From: Candidatus Daviesbacteria bacterium
GTDB lineage: Bacteria; Patescibacteriota; Microgenomatia; Daviesbacterales; UBA10151
NCBI GenBank assembly: GCA_030699125.1
Contig: JAUYKM010000009.1
Span: 291,365 to 355,364 of the forward strand
Reading direction: 5' to 3'
Length of the DNA stretch: 64,000 bases
The notes below the pieces were generated by a model. It ran no database searches, was not told the DNA's origin, and saw only the letters and a list, made by a program, of their open reading frames with translations. The translations under genes were made by a program, and so were the position numbers. Position 1 is the stretch's first letter; each line of letters starts with the position of its first letter. Positions 41,261-51,022 of the stretch are shown here, in pieces.

Positions 41261-42130
41261 ATGGATATACCTGTTCGAGAGCAAAGTGCTACTGAGACTC
41301 CAGAGAATCAACTACCCCAAAATAACAAGCTCAATCAAAGGGGATCCGTCCCAATTCTAATTGGGATGATTATTTTACTGATTGTTGTTACAGGAGGGGC
41401 ATATTATTTGGGAACATTAAGAGAGAAGCTTCCATTACAAAATCCAGTGGTTTCTTCCCAAAATCCACAACCCACGCCCGTTCCTAGTACTCCCAGTATA
41501 AAGGTAACAGGAGTTTTAAGAAATAGTGGTTTAACTAAAGATGAAAAAGTTACTCTTAATTTAAATTCCAGTAATTACCAGATTACAGATTTTGGGATAG
41601 CATCAGACAATTCTAAAATAATGGGGTATTTCCTGGAAACAGATAATTCAGAGTATAGAGATCTGGAGGGGAAATGTGTAGAAATAACAGGTAGTATCAA
41701 ACAAAGTTGGGAAGATTTAATTAATAATCAGTTTGAAATTAATAACAAATATACTTATCAACGATCTACTATGATTCCACAGAGTATAAACCAACTTAGT
41801 AATTCTGCCTGTAATCCCTATTCAGGAAACAGGACGGTATCAGATTCAGAGATAGGTAATAAAAGAGTTTTGAAAGGTACTGTAGCAGGAACACAAAGGC
41901 CTGCTCCCGATATAGGTTATGATTACCAGTTAAACTTAGCAACTCCTCTTAATGAGGAATGGGGCTCAACAGGTGGTCCTGTGAAAGTAGATAAAATTGA
42001 TATCTCTCCCTTGAATAATTCTGTTTGGAATATTTTAGAAGATAAGATGGGGACAATTGTAACGGTAACTGGGTACAAAACCTGGGGCTATGCTGAATCA
42101 CAATATCTTTTGATTATTGATGTAAATTAG
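41261..42130 (+). CDS. membrane-anchored secreted hypothetical protein
   Basis: N-terminal TM segment (VPILIGMIILLIVVTGGAYYLG) then a Ser/Asn/Thr-rich extracellular region. 289 aa. Confidence 0.45.
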   Translation: MDIPVREQSATETPENQLPQNNKLNQRGSVPILIGMIILLIVVTGGAYYLGTLREKLPLQNPVVSSQNPQPTPVPSTPSIKVTGVLRNSGLTKDEKVTLNLNSSNYQITDFGIASDNSKIMGYFLETDNSEYRDLEGKCVEITGSIKQSWEDLINNQFEINNKYTYQRSTMIPQSINQLSNSACNPYSGNRTVSDSEIGNKRVLKGTVAGTQRPAPDIGYDYQLNLATPLNEEWGSTGGPVKVDKIDISPLNNSVWNILEDKMGTIVTVTGYKTWGYAESQYLLIIDVN

Positions 42131-42132
42131 TC

Positions 42133-42158
42133 TTGGCCACAAGGATCGAAAATATATT
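42133..42158 (+). promoter_or_regulatory. conserved upstream motif GGCCACA(A/G)GGATCGA, copy 1, 30-55 bp upstream of the NYN gene
   Basis: TTGGCCACAAGGATCGAAAATAT matches TAGGCCACAGGGATCGAGCATTT at 44612-44637. The 15-nt core is identical apart from 1 mismatch. Confidence 0.35.
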
Positions 42159-42186
42159 TTCATCAAATAAGTGCTAGAATAAATTC

Positions 42187-42960
42187 ATGTCTAGTTATTA
42201 TTACCTTGATGATCCCAAAAGTGAATTAGGATATACCCCTGTTTCAGAGGAGGAGATGCATGGTGCCATTTTATCAATTGCCAAAAGTCACGGTTTAAAC
42301 ATCACAGATAAAATGATTTTAGATCAGATTCAGAAAAAGGAATCAAAATCTAAAAATACCAAAAATAAAACTAATCTCTATATTGATGGAACCAATCTTT
42401 TTGCTGGACAGAATGAGTTGTTTGGACCGAATAAACACTTATCGTTTAGTTTTCTAATCCAGGAAATTAAAAAATTAGTTCCAGTAAATCATATCCTTTT
42501 CTACGCTTCTTATATGAATCAGAAAAATAGAATAAAACTGACTGAAGACAGAAAAAAGCTGATTGCTGCAGAGGCGTTATTTTATCGGGAAGTAAGAAAT
42601 ACTAAAGGTGTTGAATTTTACCGGGGTCACCGCTCTCCAACTTCTGGAAAGGAAAAAGGAGTTGATGTGCATTTATCGGTTGATATTGTCAAAGATATTT
42701 TTCTAGGGAACTGCAATCAGATTGTTATTATGACTGGCGATGCTGATCTTATTTACCCTCTGGAAATAGTCAAAATGCTTAAAATCCCAACTCATGCTAT
42801 TTTTCTTCCTAACAGATTTTCCTTGGAAATGGCATACAAAGCAGATAAAGCGTTTGTACTTAATTTCTCAAATAAATTTAAGTCAGATAGAAAATTGCCG
42901 AGGCAGTTGAAGGTTGTGAGTATAAAAAAGCCCCGTATGGTTAACATACGGGGTAAGTAA
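42187..42960 (+). CDS. NYN-domain (LabA/PIN-like) predicted ribonuclease
   Basis: LYIDGTNLF ... VIMTGDADLIYPLE matches the NYN acidic-residue signature (IDGxN ... GDxD). Confidence 0.55.
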   Translation: MSSYYYLDDPKSELGYTPVSEEEMHGAILSIAKSHGLNITDKMILDQIQKKESKSKNTKNKTNLYIDGTNLFAGQNELFGPNKHLSFSFLIQEIKKLVPVNHILFYASYMNQKNRIKLTEDRKKLIAAEALFYREVRNTKGVEFYRGHRSPTSGKEKGVDVHLSVDIVKDIFLGNCNQIVIMTGDADLIYPLEIVKMLKIPTHAIFLPNRFSLEMAYKADKAFVLNFSNKFKSDRKLPRQLKVVSIKKPRMVNIRGK

Positions 42961-43362
42961 ATGTATTTAACCAAAAATAAGGCTATTTGTCAATGTCTCA
43001 TAGTTAAAATTTATTAAAAATTGTTATTGCACTTTGCTATGCATCTTTTAGACCAAAAAGATAAACGAATTCTGAGCTTAGACCGTCACGAAGGAATAAT
43101 TCAGAGAATTTTCTTAGTCTGTTTAAGGTACTAGCGGGATCACCACGCTTGATTGTGAAGGTGTAAATTGATTGATTAGCTTGAAAGCAGGCGATAATCG
43201 AGAGTTCGAAAAGCCATTAAAGTGGTATTTCAATCCTTCAGGAAAAATTAGCCTCGGACAATCCAATAGATCTTCTCATGGGTTGCTAAAACAATCCAAT
43301 CTAAAAGTTCGAATAAATATATTTCTTGCAAAATATAATTTTTCCTGAAATACTGTAAGAAG

Positions 43363-44388
43363 ATGGACGACCAACAAAAAAATATACTTAATTCTCAAGA
43401 GAACTCAAAAGACCCAGTTGTTAATAAAGCATTATCAATTAAAGTCCTACAAGTTCTATTCATAGTTTGGGGTAGTTTAAGTTTATTTTATTTTGTAATT
43501 AATTCAATATTTGGTTCTAACTGGTTTTCTTATATTCCCAGTCCCCTAAGTTATCTATTATCACTGTTAATGATAGTAGACCCAGGGGTATTTTATATCT
43601 TGGGTGTAGACACTAGGTTATTTCCATTAGTTGTTGGTGTTGGAGCTCTTTTAAGTGGTTTAGGAATACTTCAATCCTCCAAAAATAGTTTAAGCATAGC
43701 TAGTCTTTATATTTGCGCACTTTTTTTGATTATTATTGGATATTTCGTAACCACTATTCCTTCACTGCCTAGTCTTTTAAAAGCCATTTTGGGGCTTAAC
43801 TCTCCCTCTCAAGGGTGGGATTTTACAGATTTGATTATAATCTCCGCATTGGGAGAACTCATTTTAGCTAGTACATGGATTCTTTTAATCTTTGCTTTAA
43901 TAAAAATACAAAATTTATTAAAAACTAATACTTCCTACAAAACATCTACATTTTTTCAATTTGAAAGGCTTGGTAAAGTAGCATATTTACCATTAATCTT
44001 AATGTTGATTTGGTTTTGCTATGGTGTCTACTCTTATTATCTGTCCTCAAAACCTAGAGATGAATACGGGGTTCGGGTTAGTACTAAATCCTCTAAGATA
44101 ATTTCTGAAAGCAAGACATCTCCAGATAATTCTTATACTGTTAAGGAATCTCCCAATCCGCCTAAGCAAATAATCTTTGCTGTATATTACAAGGATGGTA
44201 ATGTTGTAAGAGAGATTGCTTACAATATCAAGAAAGAGATTGTTGATAAAAGCCGAACGATAGGTTGTGATTGTGATATTTCATTCAAAGGTTGGATAAA
44301 TAATTACACTTTTGCCATAAAGACAATTAAGGAAGATGGTCAAGAGTATGAAGACGTGATAGATATCAAAAAGTTAGTAGCTGAATAG
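43363..44388 (+). CDS. multi-TM membrane protein with C-terminal soluble domain (hypothetical)
   Basis: Six or more hydrophobic helices in the first 230 aa. No catalytic motif recognised. Confidence 0.45.
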   Translation: MDDQQKNILNSQENSKDPVVNKALSIKVLQVLFIVWGSLSLFYFVINSIFGSNWFSYIPSPLSYLLSLLMIVDPGVFYILGVDTRLFPLVVGVGALLSGLGILQSSKNSLSIASLYICALFLIIIGYFVTTIPSLPSLLKAILGLNSPSQGWDFTDLIIISALGELILASTWILLIFALIKIQNLLKTNTSYKTSTFFQFERLGKVAYLPLILMLIWFCYGVYSYYLSSKPRDEYGVRVSTKSSKIISESKTSPDNSYTVKESPNPPKQIIFAVYYKDGNVVREIAYNIKKEIVDKSRTIGCDCDISFKGWINNYTFAIKTIKEDGQEYEDVIDIKKLVAE

Positions 44389-44483
44389 ATTATAAGAGTT
44401 ATGAAATACCAAAATACTCTTCCAATCCTTGATGGTTTGGATAAATTCCTCCATAATTATGTACGTGAGAACAGAATCGTAGT

Positions 44484-44530
44484 TCACCAGTTAACAATAG
44501 TTAAAAACCGATGAAGGAAGTTAACAGTAG
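44484..44530. repeat. 47-bp direct repeat, copy 2
   Basis: TCACCAGTTAACAATAGTTAAAAACCGATGAAGGAAGTTAACAGTAG matches 41170-41216 at 42 of 47 positions. Confidence 0.7.
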
Positions 44531-44611
44531 TTGATTAAGTGACATCAAATACACATCTTTGACAAACATCTTGTTTAAGTGCTCAGGGTAAACGACTTTG
44601 GTGATTCATCT

Positions 44612-44637
44612 AGGCCACAGGGATCGAGCATTTACTT
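44612..44637 (+). promoter_or_regulatory. conserved upstream motif GGCCACA(A/G)GGATCGA, copy 2, 40-65 bp upstream of the Fic gene
   Basis: See copy 1 at 42133-42158. Confidence 0.35.
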
Positions 44638-44675
44638 CTTGCAAATCGTCTAATATTCGTCTATAATACGTCTAT

Positions 44676-45734
44676 ATGTTTAATCCTCGCTACACAATTA
44701 CTGATCGGTTATTAAGGAACATTAAGAGAATTAGTACCTTGGTGAGTGAACTAAATAACAGGCGATTTCCTCACGTTGTGTTACTGGAATTTGAAAAAGC
44801 AGCTAGAGCTGTTTCTACTTATGCCTCAACTAGTATTGAAGGCAACCCCCTTCCTCTAACAGAAGTTAAAAAAATCCTTAAATCTAAGCCTGCACATATA
44901 AACAAATTTGATACTGGCGTATTAAGAGATAGCGAAAAGGAAATTTTAAATTACAATCAAGCACTCCAGAATTTGAATGAGAAGCTTGAAAAAACGCAAG
45001 TCAAATTATCTCTTGATTTAATATTAAAAATTCAAAAACAAATTACTGAAGGGCTGCTACCTAAATTTGAATCTGGAAAACTGCGAGAAAAACCAGTAGT
45101 TGTAAACGATCCAAGAACACGAAAAGTTATATATTTACCTCCTGACGCAAAAGATGTGGGGAAACTTATAGAAAACCTTGTTGAGTTTGTGAATAGTAAC
45201 CGAAACGAGATTGATCCACTTATTTTAGCTGGTATTTTCCATAAGCAGATGGTAATAATCCATCCGTTTATGGACGGGAATGGTAGGACAACACGTCTTG
45301 CTACAAAAGTATTACTTGCTGAAATGGGATTAAATACTTTTAACCTATTCAGTTTTGAAAATTACTATAACAAAAATGTTACTCGCTATTTTCAAACTAT
45401 TGGCGAGCATGGAAATTATTATGAATTGGTAGATAAAATTGATTTTACCTCTTGGCTAGAATACTTTACCGAAGGAATTATTGATGAACTATTAAGAGTT
45501 CAAAAACTGTTGCCAGAGGTTGGAATAAGTCCGGAAACTCAACTTAAACCTTATCATATAAAAATCCTTGAATTTATAAAAAATAAAGGATTTATTGCTG
45601 ACCGTGACTATGCAAAGTTAGTTGACCGGGCAAAGGCAACCAGAGCACTGGATTTTAAAAAATTGATAGAGTTAGGTTTAATCAGCAGAAAAGGTAAGGG
45701 CAAAGCAACTCATTATGTTTTAAGAGAGAAATAG
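44676..45734 (+). CDS. Fic family protein (AMPylation/Fic-DOC fold) with C-terminal winged helix
   Basis: Canonical Fic motif HPFMDGNGRTTRL (HxFx[D/E]GNGRxxR). The C-terminal KATHYVL segment is wHTH-like. Confidence 0.8.
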   Translation: MFNPRYTITDRLLRNIKRISTLVSELNNRRFPHVVLLEFEKAARAVSTYASTSIEGNPLPLTEVKKILKSKPAHINKFDTGVLRDSEKEILNYNQALQNLNEKLEKTQVKLSLDLILKIQKQITEGLLPKFESGKLREKPVVVNDPRTRKVIYLPPDAKDVGKLIENLVEFVNSNRNEIDPLILAGIFHKQMVIIHPFMDGNGRTTRLATKVLLAEMGLNTFNLFSFENYYNKNVTRYFQTIGEHGNYYELVDKIDFTSWLEYFTEGIIDELLRVQKLLPEVGISPETQLKPYHIKILEFIKNKGFIADRDYAKLVDRAKATRALDFKKLIELGLISRKGKGKATHYVLREK

Positions 45735-45745
45735 CTATGGTACTC

Positions 45746-47119
45746 TTAACTCCTGATCTGTAGAGGCAGTACTTTATCCAATAATCCTTCTACCTTTTTT
45801 AAATAAATTAAATTATATTTGGGAAAGTAGAGAAAGGTAGCCGGGGCATCTTCCAAAAGAGTTTTTTGGAAATCATAATAACTTACTTTTCGGTCCTCCT
45901 CTTTGACTGTTTTTCTGCCATCTTCCAGATCCTTATCAACTCTCGCCGATGAATATTTGGTCAGATTAGTTTTAATTTGGGATGAGTGCCAAAGCACATA
46001 CTGATCAGGATCTCTGGGGATACTCTGAGTAATCAAAAGCATCTGGAAATGTTGTGGAACTCCTGATTCTACCCTAATATTGACATTAAAACCGATCTTT
46101 TTCCACTCTTCAACTACTATTTGAGCCACCCTCTCCAAGTTAGGTGTGGTAGTTATAGTTAAGTCAGATTTTAGTTGTTCCTCAGATAAAGAGGATTTGG
46201 CCCGCTCCAGCGCAGCCTGAGCCTCTTCAATATTAGAAAGGTACTTTTTACTATCTTTGTCATGAGCCCAGGAATTAGTAGGATAGGGGTTATTGGCAAT
46301 ATCTTCTCCCTCAATTCGGGGGGCAGCAAAGCTTAAAGCTTGCCTTAACGATCTATTTCCCAATATAGGATCTTCCAGAGAATATAAAATGGTTACAATT
46401 TTAGTGAGGTCGCCTACCTGCTTATTCTTTACCTGATGGCTTTTTTCCACTGCATCAGGATTACTCATCCCCATAAGTGTTTGTACTTCTCCCAAGTTAA
46501 ATCCAGCTATTGCCACTCTTTCATTGGGATAAAAGCGAATGAGCAATTTAGGAAGATTATTTTCTTTTGGGGTTAAAGTTAATTTGGTAATAAAAATTCT
46601 GCTTTTCTCAACCCTGTCCAGTTTATAAGGACCTGTGCCTGTGAGGGTTCCCTTTTTAAATATTGGTTTGGTTAAAAGTGAAGGAAGAGGTGAATAGGGT
46701 TCTTTTAGCTTGAATTGGATAGTTCTTTCATCAGGGGTGGTTATTTCGACATCAGGAATATTAAATGATAAGTCAGATGCCTGAATGGGACTACCATCAA
46801 TCCAATAGATATTATCCCTTAAGTAAAATTTAAAAATTGTGGCATCATTATTTATATCCCAGGAGGAAGCGAGATTAGGCTCCATTTGATCAAAATCGCT
46901 CACTTTCACCAACCCTTCGGACAGTAGATTAGTTACCTCCAAAGGCAGGTTGTGTTCCTGATATGTACCTACCATACCCTCCAGCAATGTATTCTGAGGT
47001 CTAAAAATGGTAAATTTCCATTGCAAGAGAAGGGATATAGCAATAATAGTAAGTGTAAGTAAGAACCACTTGCTATGCTTGCCGATAAATTTTTCCGTAA
47101 TAAGAAGCGCGAGCTTCAT
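45746..47119 (-). CDS. ABC transporter substrate-binding protein-like (family 5, peptide/nickel type), membrane anchored
   Basis: N-terminal TM segment then an SBP_bac_5-like region (..NLASSWDINNDATIFKFYLRDNIYWIDGSPI..). Shorter than canonical OppA. Confidence 0.45.
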   Translation of the reverse strand: MKLALLITEKFIGKHSKWFLLTLTIIAISLLLQWKFTIFRPQNTLLEGMVGTYQEHNLPLEVTNLLSEGLVKVSDFDQMEPNLASSWDINNDATIFKFYLRDNIYWIDGSPIQASDLSFNIPDVEITTPDERTIQFKLKEPYSPLPSLLTKPIFKKGTLTGTGPYKLDRVEKSRIFITKLTLTPKENNLPKLLIRFYPNERVAIAGFNLGEVQTLMGMSNPDAVEKSHQVKNKQVGDLTKIVTILYSLEDPILGNRSLRQALSFAAPRIEGEDIANNPYPTNSWAHDKDSKKYLSNIEEAQAALERAKSSLSEEQLKSDLTITTTPNLERVAQIVVEEWKKIGFNVNIRVESGVPQHFQMLLITQSIPRDPDQYVLWHSSQIKTNLTKYSSARVDKDLEDGRKTVKEEDRKVSYYDFQKTLLEDAPATFLYFPKYNLIYLKKVEGLLDKVLPLQIRS

Positions 47120-47126
47120 AGATTGA

Positions 47127-47345
47127 TTATTTTACTACCAGGCCGATTATGGAAAGAAGAACGAAAATAATTGATAGTCCGATGGTGGCATAAAAGAGCA
47201 TTTTTTCCGCGCCTCTTTTAGTTCTATAAAATGACATATCTTGACCAAAGGTACTCCCCAAACCGCTTCCCTTTTGTTGGATAATAATCACCAAAATTAA
47301 AATTACCGCCACAATTATCTGAAAAAGATTGATAGTTGCCTTCAT
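47127..47345 (-). CDS. secG: preprotein translocase subunit SecG
   Basis: Two TM helices and the conserved QQKGSGLGSTFG loop. Confidence 0.75.
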   Translation of the reverse strand: MKATINLFQIIVAVILILVIIIQQKGSGLGSTFGQDMSFYRTKRGAEKMLFYATIGLSIIFVLLSIIGLVVK

Positions 47346-47362
47346 ATTTCAAAGATTATACA

Positions 47363-47764
47363 TCAATGGGACAGCCATTGGAAGAAATGAGTAATTATGC
47401 CAATCAAAAGTGAGGCTAAAACAGCTGCCCAGAAAGTGGAAAACTCCAAAGCAGGAATCCTAAATCCATTATAGGTTAATCCTTCAAAGAAGAATGGCCC
47501 CAATCTAAAACCGGATACCACTGTGGTTAAGGCATATAGGGCAATCACATTGGTCAGCCAGGCAAACAGTCCTAAGGTAAGTAAGTTTAGTGGCAACAGC
47601 AAAATTTTAATCAGGGGTACCAGAATGAGATTGATAATGGTAAAAACCGCTCCTCCCAAAATTAAGGTTATTAAACCACCTTCATAACTTAAACCACTGA
47701 CAACTAGAGTTGTGATCCATAAAGCTGCCAGATTGATTAAGAAGTATCTAAGTAAGGTTTTCAT
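47363..47764 (-). CDS. 4-TM integral membrane protein (phage-holin-4-like/DUF-type)
   Basis: 133 aa, four hydrophobic helices, no other features. Confidence 0.4.
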   Translation of the reverse strand: MKTLLRYFLINLAALWITTLVVSGLSYEGGLITLILGGAVFTIINLILVPLIKILLLPLNLLTLGLFAWLTNVIALYALTTVVSGFRLGPFFFEGLTYNGFRIPALEFSTFWAAVLASLLIGIITHFFQWLSH

Positions 47765-49020
47765 ATCATCATAATTTTATCACGTAATTTCCTGTGGTAG
47801 GTGATGGCAAAACGGTGAGCCTCGTCACGCAATTTTTGTAACAGTTTCAGGGACAGGCTTTTTCTGGATAATTTGATGATGTCCCCTTGTGGTGGGTATA
47901 ACCACTCCAGTCGTTTAGCGAGGCCGTAAATGGGAATTTGGTATTTCATAGTTTGTAGTTCGTAGTTAGCTGCTCTTGCCTGTCCTCTACCTCCATCAAC
48001 TATAATCAGATCAGGAAGAGGCCATTCAGGATGTTTTAGCCTTCTTTTAATCATCTCTTTGTGCATAGCCACATCATTTGGTTTGCCGGGTCCGCCAGCT
48101 GGCGGATGAATCTTAAACTTTCTGTACTGAGATTTATCGATCTCTCCATTAGTTAGAACCACCATAGATCCGGTGGCTTCTTTTCCCCCAATATTGGAGA
48201 TATCATATCCCTCTATCCTCTCCGGATTGGTAGCTAAATTAAGATCTTTTTGCAGCTGTTTTAAAGCCATGACATTTTCTTCCTGTAAAAAATTGGGATT
48301 ATCCAAATACAGTCTGACTCTATTAGGTTGGGTTAAATAGTTAATTCCCTCAATTATTTTTTTCATCTTAGCTGCCTGTTCATATTCCTGATGATTTGAG
48401 GCCTCATTCATTTCTGAAGTTAATTCCTCTAAGAGTTCATCTTTTTTCCCCTCTAAGAATTTGGAGAAGCGTCTGATGATTTTGTGATAGTCATCTTTTG
48501 TGATAAGTCCCAGACAAGCCCCGGGACAAAGTCCTAAATGATAATAAAAACAAGCTCTTCTCAACCCTCCGGAACACCAGGGGAAAATTCTTCTTAAAGT
48601 TTTTAAGGTATCACGAACAGTTCTGGTAGAAGGAAAAGGGCCCCAATACTGCTTCGTTTTTTTAAGGTCTTGTCTCCGAACAGTAATTATTTTAGGAAAT
48701 GTATCTTTGCTGAGACCTATATAAAGATAATCTTTATCATCTGTTAAGGCTACGTTAAAGGGAGGTAAGAATTTCTTAATTAAATTGGCCTCCAAAATTA
48801 AGGCTTCTAACTCGGATTCAACAATAATTGTGTCCACAGATTTTATTTTTTCCACTAAAACGGCGGTTTTGGGTGCAACGCGCTTATTAAAATATGAGGC
48901 CACACGGTGATAAATATCAATGGCCTTGCCCACATATAAAATTTTCCCCAGTCCACCTTTAAATATATAAACGCCACTTTTGTGCGGTAAATTAGTTTTG
49001 TCCAAATATGAGGGAATCAT
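47761..49020 (-). CDS. uvrC: excinuclease ABC subunit C, short form (GIY-YIG + UvrBC-interaction + RNase-H-like endonuclease domains; lacks C-terminal HhH)
   Basis: GIY-YIG N-terminus (SGVYIFKGG..ILYVGKA) and the UvrC arm. 419 aa versus about 600 aa for a canonical UvrC. Confidence 0.75.
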   Translation of the reverse strand: MIPSYLDKTNLPHKSGVYIFKGGLGKILYVGKAIDIYHRVASYFNKRVAPKTAVLVEKIKSVDTIIVESELEALILEANLIKKFLPPFNVALTDDKDYLYIGLSKDTFPKIITVRRQDLKKTKQYWGPFPSTRTVRDTLKTLRRIFPWCSGGLRRACFYYHLGLCPGACLGLITKDDYHKIIRRFSKFLEGKKDELLEELTSEMNEASNHQEYEQAAKMKKIIEGINYLTQPNRVRLYLDNPNFLQEENVMALKQLQKDLNLATNPERIEGYDISNIGGKEATGSMVVLTNGEIDKSQYRKFKIHPPAGGPGKPNDVAMHKEMIKRRLKHPEWPLPDLIIVDGGRGQARAANYELQTMKYQIPIYGLAKRLEWLYPPQGDIIKLSRKSLSLKLLQKLRDEAHRFAITYHRKLRDKIMMI

Positions 49021-49047
49021 AACCGCAGATATTTTAGCAGAAATTCT

Positions 49048-51003
49048 TTAGTTTTTAACTTTTTTGGATTTAGTGCCATCAGGAGTAAGATGAGTTTTTA
49101 AAACTCTTCTCCTGTAAAGCAATCCGCCTAGAACCCCACCGTAAATTGCCACAATCATAAAAACCGTGGAGAGAATAATAAGGGGGATGGTTCTAAATAG
49201 CAGGAATGGTTTTACACTGACTTTTTGATTAAATTCTTGTTCTCCTATTCTCACTTTAAATTCATCCTCAAAACTTTCAAAAAGAGAGGTGGTTCTGATA
49301 TTAAATTCAAATTCGGCATTGCCAAAGGGGGGAATGGCGCCCATATTAATACTGGACTGTTGGTTTAAAATATCGATCTTCTCAGAAGATAGGAAAAAAG
49401 AGGCAGGTGGATAAAGGGCATTGCCTACATTAGAAATAGTTACTTTAACTTTGGAAGGAATTCCTGCCAATATTGGATCGGAGGCAGTAACAGAAACTTT
49501 AATCTGAGGTTTTCCCAAGAAATCATTCTCCGATAAAGTCACCCCTACGTCCTGGGTATCTATTCCCTGGAATTTATATGAACCTGCAGGAATAGGTTGA
49601 GTAGAGGAAACTCCTTTGATGGCAAAGACAAAATGATTTAAATCCAGTTTGGTAAAATAATCCACTCCGCCAGTGGTGTTTTCCCAAGTGGGATCAATCA
49701 TCACCCAACCTCGGGTCCCGTCCCAATATTCAGGCCAAGCATGCAATACATCTTTGGTTAAAGACAAAGGCCGTAGGCTGGTATTGGCTGTATAGGCATA
49801 ACCGTCCAGCTCTCGGGCAGGAATGCCAGCCGCTCTCGATAAAGCAATAAATAGATCAGTAAACTCCATGCAAACAGCCTCTTTGGGGGTATTTAATGCT
49901 GTTACAGCTCCAAATCTTTCCACACCTTGATCTGCATTGTTAACATTTTGTTCAAGCCTGGATTGATCATAGCTTAGAGCCCCCACCACATATCTGTATA
50001 TCTGTCTTGCTTTATCTTCTGTATTTTGAGGAGGAGTAGTGCCCAAAATGTCGTCAAGTAAAGCCACAATTTGAGGGTGATCTTTTTCCCAGTATTTATC
50101 TGCTTTGGTATATATTTTTCTTAAATTTTCATCAAGGGTGGGTTTTTCCACTTTGGAGCTGGAATAAATCTTGGCTGATCCTAAGACCCGAATATCCAGT
50201 TTTTGATTCCTTCCCAGCTTATACCAGGCTAGATAATTACCATCCTTATCCAAAGTGACATTGATGGGACGAGGGTCAATAAACTGGAAAATAATGTCCT
50301 GATAAGATGTATCAGGGGGTAAAGCTATGTTTGTCAAAACCGGCACTAACCCATCATTTTGCAAATGATAAGCCAGATCAAAATCAAACAGCTGATGGGT
50401 GCCGAAACTGGCGGATACTCCAGCATCTTTCAGCTGTTCCTTGTCGAAAGTTAAAAAAAGCTTACCCTGCGAAACTGTCTGACTTCTGGGAGTAGGGCTA
50501 ATTAAGGTGGGTTCCCCAAAAGAGGTGGGAACTGAGATGGTTAGATTGTAAGATTCTAAATTGGTGGATGAGGAGATGCGGGGAGCCCTGATCTCCCAAA
50601 CTTTCCCTAAGTTTTGGGCAAAATCATTTGATTTAAACTGTAGAGTCCAGGGTAAAACTTTCCCCAAACCTGCTACCTGCTGATTAAATTTGATAGTGAT
50701 GGTGGTGGAAGTATCTTGCTTTTGGGTATCAATCTCCAAAGGGCCTGCCGGATCAGAGCCTTTGATATCAAAAATTTGGGTAGCACCGATGGTTAGCTTA
50801 AACTGGTTGGCATAAAATTGGGAAGTTAGATTTTTCAGAGCCACTTTTTCAGTGATTGTGGTAGTGCCGTCTTCGGAGACATCATATAAAACATCATAAG
50901 AGCTGGCAAAATCGGAACTAGGTTGATCTTGAGCAGATATTGTGGGGGATGAGATTATGATGGCAAAAAATATAGCCAGTACAGCTAAAATTTTTTTAAG
51001 CAT
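49048..51003 (-). CDS. transglutaminase-like domain protein, secreted with C-terminal TM anchor
   Basis: N-terminal signal peptide. Transglutaminase core Cys region (KEAVCMEFTDLFIALSRAAGIPAR) and C-terminal TM helix. Confidence 0.65.
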   Translation of the reverse strand: MLKKILAVLAIFFAIIISSPTISAQDQPSSDFASSYDVLYDVSEDGTTTITEKVALKNLTSQFYANQFKLTIGATQIFDIKGSDPAGPLEIDTQKQDTSTTITIKFNQQVAGLGKVLPWTLQFKSNDFAQNLGKVWEIRAPRISSSTNLESYNLTISVPTSFGEPTLISPTPRSQTVSQGKLFLTFDKEQLKDAGVSASFGTHQLFDFDLAYHLQNDGLVPVLTNIALPPDTSYQDIIFQFIDPRPINVTLDKDGNYLAWYKLGRNQKLDIRVLGSAKIYSSSKVEKPTLDENLRKIYTKADKYWEKDHPQIVALLDDILGTTPPQNTEDKARQIYRYVVGALSYDQSRLEQNVNNADQGVERFGAVTALNTPKEAVCMEFTDLFIALSRAAGIPARELDGYAYTANTSLRPLSLTKDVLHAWPEYWDGTRGWVMIDPTWENTTGGVDYFTKLDLNHFVFAIKGVSSTQPIPAGSYKFQGIDTQDVGVTLSENDFLGKPQIKVSVTASDPILAGIPSKVKVTISNVGNALYPPASFFLSSEKIDILNQQSSINMGAIPPFGNAEFEFNIRTTSLFESFEDEFKVRIGEQEFNQKVSVKPFLLFRTIPLIILSTVFMIVAIYGGVLGGLLYRRRVLKTHLTPDGTKSKKVKN

Positions 51004-51022
51004 ATTATAATTTTACCAGATA

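Noticed and set aside
41218-44483. Calling the tRNA-Lys segment an intact integrative element or prophage
   Set aside because: There is no integrase, recombinase or phage structural gene between the repeats, and the repeats are only about 89% identical. At most it is a decayed remnant.
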